DNA of 64,000 nt from Lama guanicoe (Eukaryota). Below, piece by piece: positions 39,255 to 52,062 of this stretch. Made by a program: the position numbers and the translations under genes. The notes beneath the pieces were generated by a model. The model saw only the letters and a list, made by a program, of their open reading frames with translations, was not told the origin of the DNA and made no database searches. Position 1 is the stretch's first letter. The number at the start of each line of letters is the position of its first letter. The DNA lies in the NCBI GenBank assembly GCA_013239625.1, contig MU054132.1, forward strand, positions 1,180,001-1,244,000, written 5' to 3'.

Positions 39255-41346
39255 CTGTAAAGTGGACGAAATCCAAAGCAAGGTGAGCTCTTCCAATGCA
39301 GAGAAACACGCAGATGACTGTACCATGAAAGCAGCCCTTGTGGTTTAAGCACTCCTTACACACGTCTCCCCAACTTTACCTTCATTCTTGGCAACAAGTG
39401 CTGAATTGTGATTTTCTGGCCATATGTTCAGTCAGGGCCAGTGCCTTGTGCTGGAAGGTAGAATGTCTTTTCCCAATTTTCAAGTTCAATTGCCCTAGCA
39501 TCTCTCCCTGCCACCACCACCTAATCCATTGGGACAGCCTCTGAGCCTGGTCCCACGGCAGTCTCCATCCTCCTCCTCTGCCAGTGACTCCCTCACCTGC
39601 TTCTAAGTGGGCTTCCTCCTGTGGCTTTTAAATGGGCTGAGCTTTGCTCTTGCCTCAGGTCATGCACTCGCCTCCTAAGCCTGGAATAAATACTGAATAC
39701 TCTCCTCTGATATCCTCAGCTGGCTGGGGCCTCCATACTGTCCAACCCTTGGTACAAAAGCCCAAGTCCTCACAGTGCCCACAACCCATCCCCCGACTCC
39801 ACGCTGCTCTGCAGTCCAGCCGCAGAAGCCCCCGCACTGCTCTTCCAACCTGCCCGGAGCTCCCACCTCTGGTCTCAGCACCTTTGAACACACTGCACAG
39901 TTTACACGTTATGTTGGTCTGCCTCCTGCCCACGCTGAAATGGACAGGGCTTTTGTATGTTTTGTTTACTGCTGTTCCCCCCAGTACCTGGCACAGTATC
40001 TGGACGTGAGAGGTAACAGTGTCTGCAGAGTGATTAATTCCACTCCTGAAGGACCATGAGGTCTCTCTTCATGTGACCATGATTTTGTTCTAATGGAGGA
40101 CAAAGTCCTCGTCTTCGGGAGCTAGGTGGTGAAGGACATGTGGAGATGGTCACACATGCCAAGTTCTTGTTGTAGTTGTGTGCGTGCAAAAGTGTGCTGT
40201 GCACTCCTGAAGAGTTATGTGTGCACAAACGTGACAGAATATTGGCAGGTGAAGCATATGCAGGGATAACCTTTTTCTGAGCTTGAGATGGTTCCAAATA
40301 AATAGGTGTCACAAGAACCTGCACCCGGCCCCGTGAGAAGTCTCTCTTGCGCCCTCCCAGGGAAGCTGCACTGCTCCCTGCCCACCTCTGTCCCTGTTTT
40401 CTCAGCACTTGTCACGACCCTCCTCACTCTCCCCTGGGATCTCCCCAGCGGTAGGTCCCTGCCAGGCCTGCCCACTGCTGTACCTTCACTGCTCCAACAG
40501 ACCCTGTTAGAGCAGAGTATTATTTTAAATCTTAAGTGAGTATTACTTTATTGTAATTGTACTTTTACTTATTTTGATATAAAATTTATCTTTGTAATAA
40601 ATTGTAACAGGGCCTTAGTCACCAAAGCCCTAATAGAAGTTCTTGTTAATAAGGGGTGTGTGTGGGGGAGGCATTTCTGTGCACCCCTAATGTGGCAATA
40701 AATGTGATGATAATACAATCCACTCCTTTGCAAACAGAGTTGATAAGTGTTTGAAAGCATCACATCAAGTTGTGCAGTGAGGACATCACATTTTTCTGGT
40801 ATTTGCATACGGAGCAGCCACACTGTACTTGAAGGATGTCACCAGAGAACAGCAGCCCCACAGGAAGAACTAAGGAGAGTGGAGAAAACTGCAAGAGGCA
40901 GAGTTTAATTCAATATAAAAGAAGGCTGAACAGTGAGCCACTGCCCAGCAGTTGTCAGGACTAACTCAGAGCTGGGGTGATGGAGCAGAGGCCAGCTCCC
41001 TGGGGACGTTGCATGGAGAATGTATGTCATAGACAGGCTGGGCTGGGGAAGCCAGAAAGCCCTTCCCGAGGGAAACTGTTAGTTCAAGGATAAACTACAC
41101 TCAAGGAAGCTGTCCACAAAATCAACTGACTGCTAAACAGGGAAGAATTTGGAAGAACATCTGATACACGTGAATTTATACTTTTACAAAACCATGTATT
41201 TATATACTGTGTGCGTAGGCTTAGGCATAGAAAAGACTTGGGATGTGCAACGGGCTGCTCCAAGTGCAAGCCCCACCTGCCCGCCCCGTGTCCCACAAAA
41301 GCACCAAGGGGGCCACACCCAACAGCCACCTCCTCTCAGCACTCAC

Positions 41347-41477
41347 ATGCGAGGGCCTCGCTCAGAAGAAAACTCGCAGTGGAACACCACAATGACCCGC
41401 TTGCCATCTGTAGGCACAATAGGCTTCTTGAGTAAGAAGTCTTCAACCTCCTCTTCCATGTGCAAGTTCACTGCACC
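41347..41477 (-). CDS. CDC25A: CDC25A exon 13 ([44 protein letters not shown])
   Basis: 131 nt; tcacag acceptor, GTGAGT donor; catalytic HCX5R loop with Cys at residue 431. Confidence 0.98.
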
Positions 41478-41938
41478 CTGTGAAGGCACCAGAGACGCAT
41501 GTCATACATGAAACACCTCCATCACCAGGCAGCTTAACTCAACCATAAGAGGCATCACTAATCACTAGACCTGGCACAGACTCGGACATGTTGCCGAGAC
41601 TGGTTTCTCCTCATGGCTTCATGTTCAGGCATGGCTTAGAAATCACTGGGTACCATCTAGAAATGCCCCTGATGGTGATGGTGTGAGGGACAAAACAGGG
41701 AGCACTTGGTGTGCAATGTGGTAGAGGTTAGTGTAGAACAGGGAACATTCAGTTCACAGAAGTCAAATGCCTTTCGCGCCCACTGTTTCTTTTTATAATT
41801 CTCATAACCGGCACGTGAGCATTTTAACAAGAAGCCAGGTGTCACCTCCCTCTTACAAAAAAAAAAAAAAATCACAGATGCTGCCTAGGGCTCCTGCTAG
41901 GACAGCAGGGCTTGCCTGCAAGCTTCAGGAATCCTTAC

Positions 41939-42037
41939 CTTGATGTGGCCTCCCTCATATTCATATGGGTATCGGCAGTCAATGATAACGAACTCTTTAA
42001 TGAGGTTGGCAAACTTGCCATTCAAAACAGATGCTAT
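41939..42037 (-). CDS. CDC25A: CDC25A exon 12 ([33 protein letters not shown])
   Basis: 99 nt; ccacag acceptor, GTAAGG donor; [12 protein letters not shown] rhodanese/Cdc25 motif. Confidence 0.97.
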
Positions 42038-42131
42038 CTGTGGAGAGAAAGCCAAGGAGAATCAACCCTGGCTGCCAGGAACAACCAGGTTCCAATACCC
42101 CATGTGTGGCAGGTCCCAAAAGATGACTTAC

Positions 42132-42194
42132 AATTTCTGGAGAGATGTATTTTAAATCCTGATGCTTTCCAGCAACTGTATGAAAGAGATAACC
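42132..42194 (-). CDS. CDC25A: CDC25A exon 11 (GYLFHTVAGKHQDLKYISPEI)
   Basis: 63 nt; (CT)n tract then ttttaag acceptor, GTAAGT donor. Confidence 0.96.
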
Positions 42195-43711
42195 CTTAAA
42201 AAGGAGAGAGAGAGAGAGATACTTAGCAAATCTGAAAGCTTAAATATGCAACATTTACACCATTTGTCTTTCTGGTAAGAGTTAGCTTAAAAGAAGCTCT
42301 AAACATGAATCAAATATAATAGTACATGCTAGTTCCTGGTCTAGGTACTTCATTCACATCCTGACATTTGATTTTCGCACAGATCTGGAAGGCATATTAC
42401 CCCCATTTCTGGGTATCAAAGTTAGGCACCTTGAGCAAGGTCAGCCAGCTAGTAAGCCAGATCTGAATACAGAAGCCTCAGGGCCTTTCCTTTTTCTCCT
42501 GCTTTTGTCAGGAACTGCCACCTCAGTACCCAGACTGTGAATTGCACTTAAAGGACAGAGAGAGGAATGACTTCACTCGTTTCCTGAGCACCTGCCTCGT
42601 CCAGCACAGGGCTGGACACTGGAGGTGGAGGGAGTGAGACCTGGCCCGGCCTTGAGGAGAAAACGGGCACATCAGCAACTACTCATCAGGGCCAATGGCG
42701 CAGTCAGGAGCTCACCCATCCCTGTGGCCCAGTGCGTGGTCATTGAGACAAACACAACCAACAACTTCAACTGAAGTGCAAGCTTCTACCAGCGACGACA
42801 CACCACACCCAGGTCTTTGCTTGCTCTTCCCTTCAGACTAGAAGGGTCTTCTATTTTTAGCTCATTCACCTCTCCTACCTGGCTGAAATATCTATAGCCT
42901 GGACCCACCTTCCCTCGTCGCCTACCTGAGACAACCCTCCCTTTATTTCTCTTAGTCTGCTGCTTACATTGCACTGACATTTTCTTCAGTCTACTGTGTG
43001 ATACACGTGGATCACTACGTCCTACTGACCACGTTAAGTGTTTCGAGGGAAGGAACTGTGTCTCGTTTTGGAATCTTGGCCTTACACATGAGTGCCAGCT
43101 ACACCGATGCCAGAAAGATAGGTCTGGGAACCGTCAAACCCTATGTGGCTGAACAAGCTACTACTGACACACTCCCTGTCCCACCCTCACATTTCATCAT
43201 GGCTCAGAGGCCGCCAGCCACCCCGTGTCAGGCCAGCAGCAGATCTTCTGGGCCTCCCTGGGAGCCTTTTCCCTCGAGGGCCACACTTCCATGGACAATG
43301 GAGAAATTTAGTCTCAATCCTGGACCTTCTAAGACGGCCTTTTGATATACAGACTTTTATATATTTGTTGAAGCAATAGGTTTATTTCTGCTTCTTTACA
43401 CTTTTCTGCATTACTGCTTTAATAATCACTAACACCAATTCCCAGAGGGCCTGGTCTTTGAGTTAGGATCAAGGCAGCTGGTGGGTGGCTCCCTGCTTGA
43501 AACCCCTGATCAGCACCAGGAAATCTTACAGTCCCACAGAAAAGAAGATACACCGGATCATGACTTTGTTTCTTTATCTTAAAAAAAATTCAAACTGTAT
43601 CCCCTCAGGCAGCCTCTCCAGGAGCCACCTCAGGGAGGGGGCAGGGCTGAGGGGGGTTTCTAGGTAACCACCCCTAATCCTGCATCACAGAGCAGGTCTG
43701 CTTGCAATTAC

Positions 43712-43810
43712 CTTGGAGAAGTCTCCTATAAGGTCCCTTGGGTCATTATCCAATATGTTCTCAATGGTCCCTTTTGGAGAACATGCCAGGGATAAAGACT
43801 GATGTAGAAT
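43712..43810 (-). CDS. CDC25A: CDC25A exon 10 (ILHQSLSLACSPKGTIENILDNDPRDLIGDFSK)
   Basis: 99 nt; ttgcag acceptor, GTAATT donor; LIGDFSK marks the start of the catalytic domain. Confidence 0.96.
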
Positions 43811-44019
43811 CTGCAACAAATCAAAGGTGGAGAATGAGTTCAGGGTTCTGAACAGAACATATAAAAACATTCACCTGGAACACATCAGGAGGAAGAGACT
43901 GAGATGTTAACGTCTGTATTTAGCAAATGGGATACTTTTCTTATTTGACTGAATCTGGAGTGAAAAAAAGAATTCGGGTTACTGACTAGGTATATTATTA
44001 TTTCAGTATCTAACTGAAT

Positions 44020-44089
44020 TGTTCTGAAAAAAATCTGAGTATAAGGGGACCTGCACAGTTTAAACCCATGTTGTTCAAGGGTCAACTAT
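44020..44089 (-). mobile_element. Tigger2-family terminal fragment
   Basis: Minus strand agttgacccttgaacaacatgggtttaaactgtgcaggtcc. Confidence 0.65.
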
Positions 44090-44514
44090 ATTTTCCACTA
44101 AAAGAAACCAGGGCCTTTGGAAGAAGTGATTGATTCCAAGTTGGGAGAAGAAATGTGCGAGGTAAGTCTGGAACACCTTGTCACAGCAAGAAGTTCTCGT
44201 ATTATTAAGGGGACGTCAAGCGGCTCATCACAGGGAGGTAAAGATTTTTTAAGCGGCACTCAAAAGCAGTAAACATAAATAAAAAGACAGATAAATTGAA
44301 ACATGTCTAAAAACCAAGAAATTCTGTTCATCAAAAGAACAAGATTAGGTAAGAATAGGCAAGCCTGAGTGGGAAGATACACATTCATCCCAAGAAAATG
44401 CAAATTAAAACCAAATACTACGCACTTACTAGACTGGTTAAAATAAAAGGGATGAACACGACCAGATACTGGTAAGGATTTGGAAGAACGGGAACCCTCA
44501 TAGGCTGCTGTGAG

Positions 44515-44675
44515 TAGTTGTCACTCGGTATTCGTGAGATTGGTTCCAGGACCCCACCCCCAACAAAAGGATGCTTATATAAAATGGTACATAGTACAAC
44601 TGGTGCTCAGTAACCACGGGTTCCAAAGTTGGTTGAATCCGTGGATGCAGAACCCCAGACATGGAGGGCCGTTTG
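44515..44675 (+). mobile_element. MER2-like Tigger MITE
   Basis: ctcggtattcgtg..attggttccaggaccc ... ggttgaatccgtggatgcagaaccc..gacatggagggccg. Confidence 0.7.
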
Positions 44676-44784
44676 GACAACAACTTTGGAAACTATTTGG
44701 CAGTGCTCACTAAAGCTGAACAAATGCCTAGCTTAGGGCTCAGCAATCCAGAAGGAAGTTTATGTTAACAAAAAAAAAAATTGT

Positions 44785-46340
44785 ACAACTTTGACAAGGG
44801 AGCCAAGAATACTCAATGAAGAGATGTCTCTTCAATAAATGGCACTGGGAAAACTGAATATTCATGTATGAAAGAATGAAACTAGACCTCTATTTTGCAC
44901 TATTTACAAAAAATAAGTCAAAATGGGTTAAAGGCTTAAATGTGAGACCAGAAATCATAAAACTCCTAGAAGAAAACACAGGAAAAAGGCTCCCTGACAT
45001 GGGTCTTGGCAATAATTTTTTTGGATTGGATATCTAAAGCATAAGCAACAAAATAATAAACAAACATGTGGGACTACATCAAACTAGGAAGCTCTTGCAC
45101 ATTAGAATAAATGATCAGCAAAATGAAAAGACAACTGACAGAATGGGAAAAAATATTTTCAAACCATATTATCTGATAAGAAGTTAATATCCAAAATATA
45201 GAAAGAATTCATACAATTTAATATCGAAAAACCAAATAACCCAATTAAATAAAAAATAGGCAAAGGATCTGAATAGACATTTTCCCAAAGATACACAAAT
45301 GGCCAACAAGTACATGAAAAGGTAATTAATATCACTAATAATTTAGAGAAATGAAAACCAAAGCCACAATGAAATATTACCTCATGCCTGTTAGAATGGC
45401 TATCATCCCAAAAAACAAAAAACAGAAAACCAAGATCCCAGGCTGACCATAAAAGGTCAAAAAGTGGGCAGTGGCCCAATTCCTGGGAATCCCAGCCCCT
45501 TCCCCAAAGTGGTTGGAATAACTGTCCAACTTGTTAGCATATGAACTAACAACCCTCACCCCTCCAGGGTGTTGCCTTCTGAAACAGCCTGCACTCTATG
45601 GAGTATGTATCTCTCTAAATAAATCTACCTTTACTCAAAAACAAAACAAAACAAGAAACAAGTGTTGGCAAGGATGTGAAGAAAAAGGAACCATTGTATG
45701 ATGTTGGTGGGATTGTAAAGTGGTGTGGCCATAATGGAAAACAGTATGGACATGCCTCAAAAAAATCGAGACTGGAACATATGATCCAGTAATTCTACTT
45801 CTGGGAATATATGTGAAGGACGTGAAAACCACTATGTCAAAGAGGTATCTGTAGCAGGATTATTTACAATAGCCAATACACGGAAATAACCTAAGTGTTC
45901 ATTGACAGATGAATGGACAATGAAATAGTGATACACACACACACACACACAATGGATTATTATTCAGTCATTAAAAAAAAGAAGGAAATCCTGCCATTTG
46001 TGACAGCATGGATGGACCTTGAGGGTATTTATTATACCAAGTGAAATAAGTCAAAGACAAACACTGTATGACACCACTTATATGGGGAATCAAAAAACAA
46101 ACAAACCATTGCCACCAAAACAAATACCAAACTCATAGAAAATGAGATAAGACTTGTCGTTACCAGAAGTGGGGAGGGGGATTGGATGAAGGTGGTCAAA
46201 ATATTGAAACTTCCAGCCATAAGATATGTAAGTACTGGGGATGTAATATACAATGTGGTGACTACAGTTAAGCCTGCTGTATGGTATACATGAAAGGTGC
46301 TGAGAGTAAATCCTAAGAGCTCTTATCGCAAGGAAATGAA
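44785..46340 (+). mobile_element. L1 ORF2 3' region and 3'UTR, degraded, in CDC25A intron 9 (antisense to the gene)
   Basis: tttgacaagggagccaagaa, aaactcctagaagaaaacacagg, gggactacatcaaacta L1 ORF2 motifs with many stops. Confidence 0.9.
45430..45650 (+). mobile_element. LTR-like fragment ending at AATAAA plus A-rich tail, inserted in the L1
   Basis: Interrupts colinear L1 ORF2 sequence; shares the tggagtatgtatct..aataaatctac motif with 51620-51815. Confidence 0.6.
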
Positions 46341-47016
46341 AGAACTAAAATACCCAGAACTAAGTTACAATGGAAAACACTACAGAGTTGTGAGACAAAC
46401 TTAAAATAGTAGGAAACTTATAGATCTAGATCAGGAAACAAGAAAAATTATGAACAAACACCAAGGGAAAAATATTATGGCCTGTCAAGCAAGGGGGGGA
46501 CCTTAGACCTCCATCCTTGCCCAGCTGTAATTAAGTGTCATAATCTCCACTGGGATGGTGTCAGGGAAGGCCTATGGGGAGCCTGAAGTCCAACCCCTGC
46601 CCAGCAGTAATGCAGCTTGCCCCCACCCTAGGTGGCATATCAAGGGAGGCTGTGTTGGGGGATCCTGGACTTCTGTCTCCACCTCCCCTGCTAAAACAGA
46701 AGATTTATATAGTCTCATAATACCCAAAACATACAGATACAATTGAAAAATCAACTGGCATACCAGGAACCAGGAAAATCTCAGTTTGAACAGGAAAAAA
46801 AACCAACAGAAACCCATACTAAGACACAAATGGTAGAATCTGACAAGGATTTTGAAGTAGCCATTATAAAAATGCTTCCACAGGCAATTATGAACATGAC
46901 TGAAACAAAAGAGAAACAAAAACAGCAAGTCTCAGCAAAGAAAAAGAAGCAAATGGAAATTTTAGAACCGAAAAATATATCATAGTCCTTAAATAAAAAA
47001 ACCCCGCAGAACTAAC

Positions 47017-47190
47017 CTCCTGGGGTTTCTCTGGACTCGATGCCTGTTCAGGACTGGCCCCAACAACACTCCTCCGCCGCTTCCTATTCCCTCGTGGGGA
47101 CTCTTCTTGAGATCGTTCTGGTCTCTTCAACACTGACCCGATGGTGGAGCTACACATGGAAGGAGAGTCAAACTGCTTGCATCGATTGCC
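47017..47190 (-). CDS. CDC25A: CDC25A exon 9 (GNRCKQFDSPSMCSSTIGSVLKRPERSQEESPRGNRKRRRSVVGASPEQASSPEKPQE)
   Basis: 174 nt; ctcaag acceptor, GTTAGT donor; basic bipartite NLS region. Confidence 0.95.
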
Positions 47191-48164
47191 CTTGAGGGGA
47201 AGAAAGAGATCCATTAAAACCCACTCACTTGAATGGTAAAGAGAACAGACCTGGGATGATTTAAGATCCATCCATCCTAAATTAGGAAACAGACACTTTC
47301 CATTTATCTAGTCCTAGCAACTAGGGCCTGGCACATACTAGACGCTGAGCCCCTGGTGGGTGATAAACATGTTCTAAGCTGACATTGTAAGGAGATGAGG
47401 AAGACTATCTGGGCCCTCAAGGAGCCTACTGTCTGCACAAGGTCCTGAGAGGGAAATAACTGTTACCTTCCAGCCAGAAACATATTTTTGCCTTCCTCTT
47501 CCCCTCTATTTTATTACTTGTACCTTGCTTGAGCGGTTTGACAGGTTTTAACACTGCATCTAAATCTAGAAAAGGAGTGAGGTAGCTGGGTTATACTATA
47601 AATCTGAGCCAGTTAAGGTGATAAGAAAGAGTTGAGTCTAAGTTTGCAGGGGAAAGGGTGCCTTCAAAATTGTGTTCCAAAGTCCTCTCTACTTGGTTGT
47701 TTTTCTTTCTGGACTATACCAGGGCATTTTAATTCAAGACTTACAAAGCCAAAGAAAGTACAGGAAGATGTGCTATGGTACACGATCTCTTAAGGACTAA
47801 TGTCTCAGAGTCTGAGAGCAGCCACCAACCTGACTTCAGCGCTCTAAACTCACACTCTGCCAACTCAGTGTGCCTTGGCTTGGCTTTTCCTACTGTGCAG
47901 AATGTCCCTTCATAGCCCAGTAAACTACTTCTTTTCAAGCTGACACTAAAATTTCAATGTTGCCTCTTCTTTGAAATGTTCCTGACAGTCCTCAGCGAGT
48001 GCTTCACTCCCACATTGGCTCTTCCAGAGACTAAGGATTTTCCCTGAAGTTTTTTCTGAAGTTTATTTTAACAGCATGCTATTCAGAAAAGCAAGACCAG
48101 AGAATTGTTTCTCTGATGAAACAAATCTGATTCCTGTGGCTCCCTGCAGACACACGGAACTGAC

Positions 48165-48239
48165 CAGGTTTGCAGTTCTTCTCATGACAAGAGGAGCTGT
48201 CCAGAGGCTCGCCATGCAGGATGGGGTCTCGGCGTCATT
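48165..48239 (-). CDS. CDC25A: CDC25A exon 8 (NDAETPSCMASLWTAPLVMRRTANL)
   Basis: 75 nt; tttag acceptor, GTCAGT donor; MASLWTAPLV conserved block. Confidence 0.95.
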
Positions 48240-48747
48240 CTAAACAAAGAAAATCTGTGTCATAAAGGTCGAAGAGAGACTAGCACTAGATTAAGTGCTT
48301 TCAAATGGTGTCTGACACCATTCTAAAGGCATGGATAGGAAGCATCTAATGTTGCCCCTCCCCCTCCCCCCAGCATTTTAAAATCAGAAGAGTCACAGCT
48401 AACCCAGCTAACCAATCAACTATCTGGACATAACTAAAGGCACACCCCTGAGGGGATGTGAGGTGGGACACTCAGTCTCTTCAGCTATCCTCCTACTGTT
48501 CTTGTTTCATGTGTCTTGCATAAAAATAGACTGTCAGGCCCTTCAGCCTAAGAAGGATCACACCAGTCTCTTCAAGTCCTCCGCAGGATTTACTCAGGTT
48601 AGAAGCAGAGTCTTAATAAATTCCCAGCAAATAAACAAAAATATCAGCCAACTCAAGCCCTGGGGAATTGCTGCTCCTTTTCAGGTGACTTTTCTCCAGG
48701 GATAGTTAGTGGTAATGGATGGGAAAAAAACACAAACACACATGTAC

Positions 48748-48882
48748 CTTCAGATTCTCTCCATCAAGAAGATCCATAAAGCCATCATCCTCATCAGACA
48801 AAGTGCCAGTCACAGGTGACTGGGGTATAAAAAAAGGAATGAAAGTCCCTGGTTCACTGCCATCTCTTTCATTTGAAGAAAA
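48748..48882 (-). CDS. CDC25A: CDC25A exon 7 (FSSNERDGSEPGTFIPFFIPQSPVTGTLSDEDDGFMDLLDGENLK)
   Basis: 135 nt; ttgtag acceptor, GTACAT donor; DDGFxD motif of the Cdc25 family. Confidence 0.96.
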
Positions 48883-51165
48883 CTACAAAACAGAATTCAT
48901 AGCTTGTTAATAAATGATCAGATTTGGTTTCCTTGGATGGGTCACTAGTTTTTATGAGGAACACATACTATATAGTTGTTGTAAGAAATAAAATTTTAGC
49001 AGCTACTAATAATCAAAGGAAAACGAAACTTGAAGACAATAAATGATTTGATGTCCACACACAGTTCTGATTAGTCAGGCCAAGCAGCCGTCATAAAGAA
49101 CTTCCCAGAAGCAGGTCACCTTACAGTGGTATCTAAGGCTAGCCTCTCGTGAAGGGCAAGGTTGTTTTTTCTGAGGATTGTAATCCGTGAACAGAGATCA
49201 ACGTGAGGGTTGTGACAGTGTGATAATCTGCTGAAATGAGGAAGGGTAAGAAGATACCAAGTCTCTATGGAGACCTCAAAATGGACTAGAGAATGCCTCT
49301 GTGACTCCAGTTCTGGCAGAGGGATAGAAAGGGTGACCTGGCTCTAGAGAGTCCATCCTACTTCTTTAGACTTGGAATTTAAATGACAGCTGCTCAGTTT
49401 TAACTTGTGCCAAACACAATGATAGACTCTTTCCATGTATAATTCCACTTAAGCCTCATGACACACTAAGGGTAGTTAATCCTTTTATTTTTATTTAACA
49501 AATCAGGAAACTGATGCTTAAGAGAGGTTACCAAGATCACACAGCTCACCTGTTTGACTACAAAGCCCAAGACTTTTTCTCCCCACTATACTATACTCTT
49601 TGTAAGAGAGGCCATTCCTGGAGTAAAAATAGAGTATATCTCATTAGGCAACTTTATCTTGTTTTTTTTTGTTTTGTTCTGTTTTGTTGAAACCCCCATT
49701 ATTAAATGAATATGTATTTAATATAGAAAATTTATTAAAAAATCCATAAGTCTACCATCTACAGATAAACACTGCTAATACAAACACTGCTAACTCTGAA
49801 TTACTTCTTTTCCAGGTACTTTCCAAAGCCAGGAAAAAGTTCAGAGATGCGTACTCTGGTTCAGGCTTGCTTTATTTCAGAATATAAAACAAGTCCTGGG
49901 CTGTCTCTGATCCTCTACAAGTGCATCTGAGCACACCTTGGGCCCCTCGGCAGTTTTTCAGCCAGCAGAGCCTAGAAGCAGGTTAATCACGGGGCAGCAC
50001 CCGCTGAAGACTCACATTATGGTATAATGCCAATTTTTGTGACCTAGGTTCTGGGATCCCTGGGTGCAGACGTGCTACAGAAAATGACAGACAAATCTCT
50101 GGACAGGACCTAATTCTTTCTCCATGAGTCCTACACCAAGAAACCATTATGAGGAAAGACAGATGCCTGGAGACTAAAAGCAAGGATACAAAAGAAGCAC
50201 CCTCTGACATGATCTAAAGTCAAACCACTGAGCCAAGTACTGGCTTCCTTTCAGTTTGTACCCTCAGCTCCTACAACGGGGGATGGCCAAGTGATCACAG
50301 GAAACCCCGGCACTGCTCACTAGAGATATTCAGTTTTGGATGCCCAGCTCTCAAAGGATTACTGTATACTTGGAAATCAAGACTGTTTAATTCTCGTCTT
50401 CTGTTTATCTGTGTCCTTTGACAAATCACCTAACTTCCCTGACCACGCTTTCCCAATCTGTATAATGGGGTAATTTCAGCTATGTCACAGGCTTATGAAG
50501 ATTAGAGACAAGAAAACATAAAAGTGCTTTATGTGAATGTTAAACTGGAAACCTCTATTTTCAGATACAAGTTCCCAGGAAAACCTGGAAACCTAATGAG
50601 GTCATTTTGTTCAAGTTGGGCCTCTCTAGTCCATAGCTGTCTGTCAGATCACCAGTAGGAAACTTTGGAAGTAATGACAGTCTCTGACAAATAAATAACC
50701 CTGGGGCAGGTGGCCCCAAATACTGTCAAGTAGCCTCACAGGCAGTAGGTTCACCTGAATACATTAGTTCTTAACAAACCACCTTTGGAAGAAGCCAAGT
50801 ACTCTATCCAAACAAATCCACTCTGGAAAGTACCTATTAGCACTCAGGATGCATTGTAAAAGATGAGTTTTAAGTAAGACACATAATCCCACCATACGTT
50901 TAGAAGAATGACCCAGGATGCCTGCAGACTATTTTCCCAGAATTGACAAGGTCAAATATTCCATGCTCAAGTACTGTATTTCTCACTCTGCTTCTGCCTG
51001 CTTTCCAGACACCTCAAAAACACCCCAAAATGTGAGTCTAGTTTCAAAAGACAAAGCCAAGGTAAAAACAGCAAGAGCTATTGTAGTATCTTCAACTCCA
51101 GGCTGAAGAGGATGCTTTAATTCTCTTCCCATCAAGAACTCCCCTATGAAAGCCAGAGCACATAC

Positions 51166-51285
51166 CATCCGAGCTGGGGCAGAGTTCTGTCTCTGTGTGA
51201 AGAGATCTTTACCCTCCTCCAGGCCATGAGCATGCAGGCAGCCACGAGATGCAGGTCTTATTGGCTTCTTAAACTCAAAGGCTTC
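51166..51285 (-). CDS. CDC25A: CDC25A exon 6 (EAFEFKKPIRPASRGCLHAHGLEEGKDLFTQRQNSAPARM)
   Basis: 120 nt; ttgcag acceptor, GTATGT donor; RQNSAP 14-3-3 motif. Confidence 0.96.
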
Positions 51286-51619
51286 CTGCAAGACAGTATA
51301 ATCAAGACATCTTCCACTGTCGATGAAAACCAGCTCTGGGCCTTAGTCATAGCTCGGGGAGACAGACAAGGGAGTGGGTACTGATCACCTTCATAACTGC
51401 CTCCAAACTCATTTCTGATCTAATTCTAACACTGGATCTATGTAACTAAGAATTTCAGACTATCAAAAGCTAACTTCCAATATAGCACTTTTTTCTCTTA
51501 CCAAAAACACTATTTTCTAACAAAAACATGAGTATCCACCAGGTACACAAAACATTGAGTTAAAAACCAAATCAATAACTTTCTATCAACCATATTTCAA
51601 TTAAAAAAAAAATACTTTC

Positions 51620-51816
51620 TGGGCCACTCTCCCTTCTGAGATGGACCACACTCTGTCAGTGGAGTATGTATCTACTTAAAACACCCAGAAAACAAATAAA
51701 AAACAGCCACCCCCATGGCTCGTGGCCTCTCTGGCCTTCTGAGATGGCTTACACTGGATCTATGGAGTGTGTATCTCTCTGAATAAATCTACTTTTTCTT
51801 ATTTAAAAAAAAAAAA
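51620..51816 (+). mobile_element. Two tandem LTR-like 3' fragments with A-rich tails
   Basis: ccttctgagatgg..acact..tggagt(a/g)tgtatct occurs twice; AATAAA then an A-run. Confidence 0.6.
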
Positions 51817-51839
51817 GCCAACTTTCTAAAATCAACAGC

Positions 51840-52062
51840 GGAGAGGGAGGGATAAATTAGGAGTTTGGGATTAGCAGATACAAACTACCATACACAAAAC
51901 AGATAAACAACAAGGTCCTACTGTATAGCACAGGGAACTATATTCAATACCTTGTAATAACCTATAATGAAAAAGAATATACACATAAAAGTGAATCTGT
52001 GTGCTGTACACCAGAAACTAGCACAGTATTGGAAATAAACTATACTTCAATTAAAAACAAAA
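51840..52062 (+). mobile_element. Short L1 3' end (artiodactyl-type) in CDC25A intron 5
   Basis: gggataaattaggagtttgggattagcagatacaaacta...ctgtatagcacagggaac. Confidence 0.88.
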
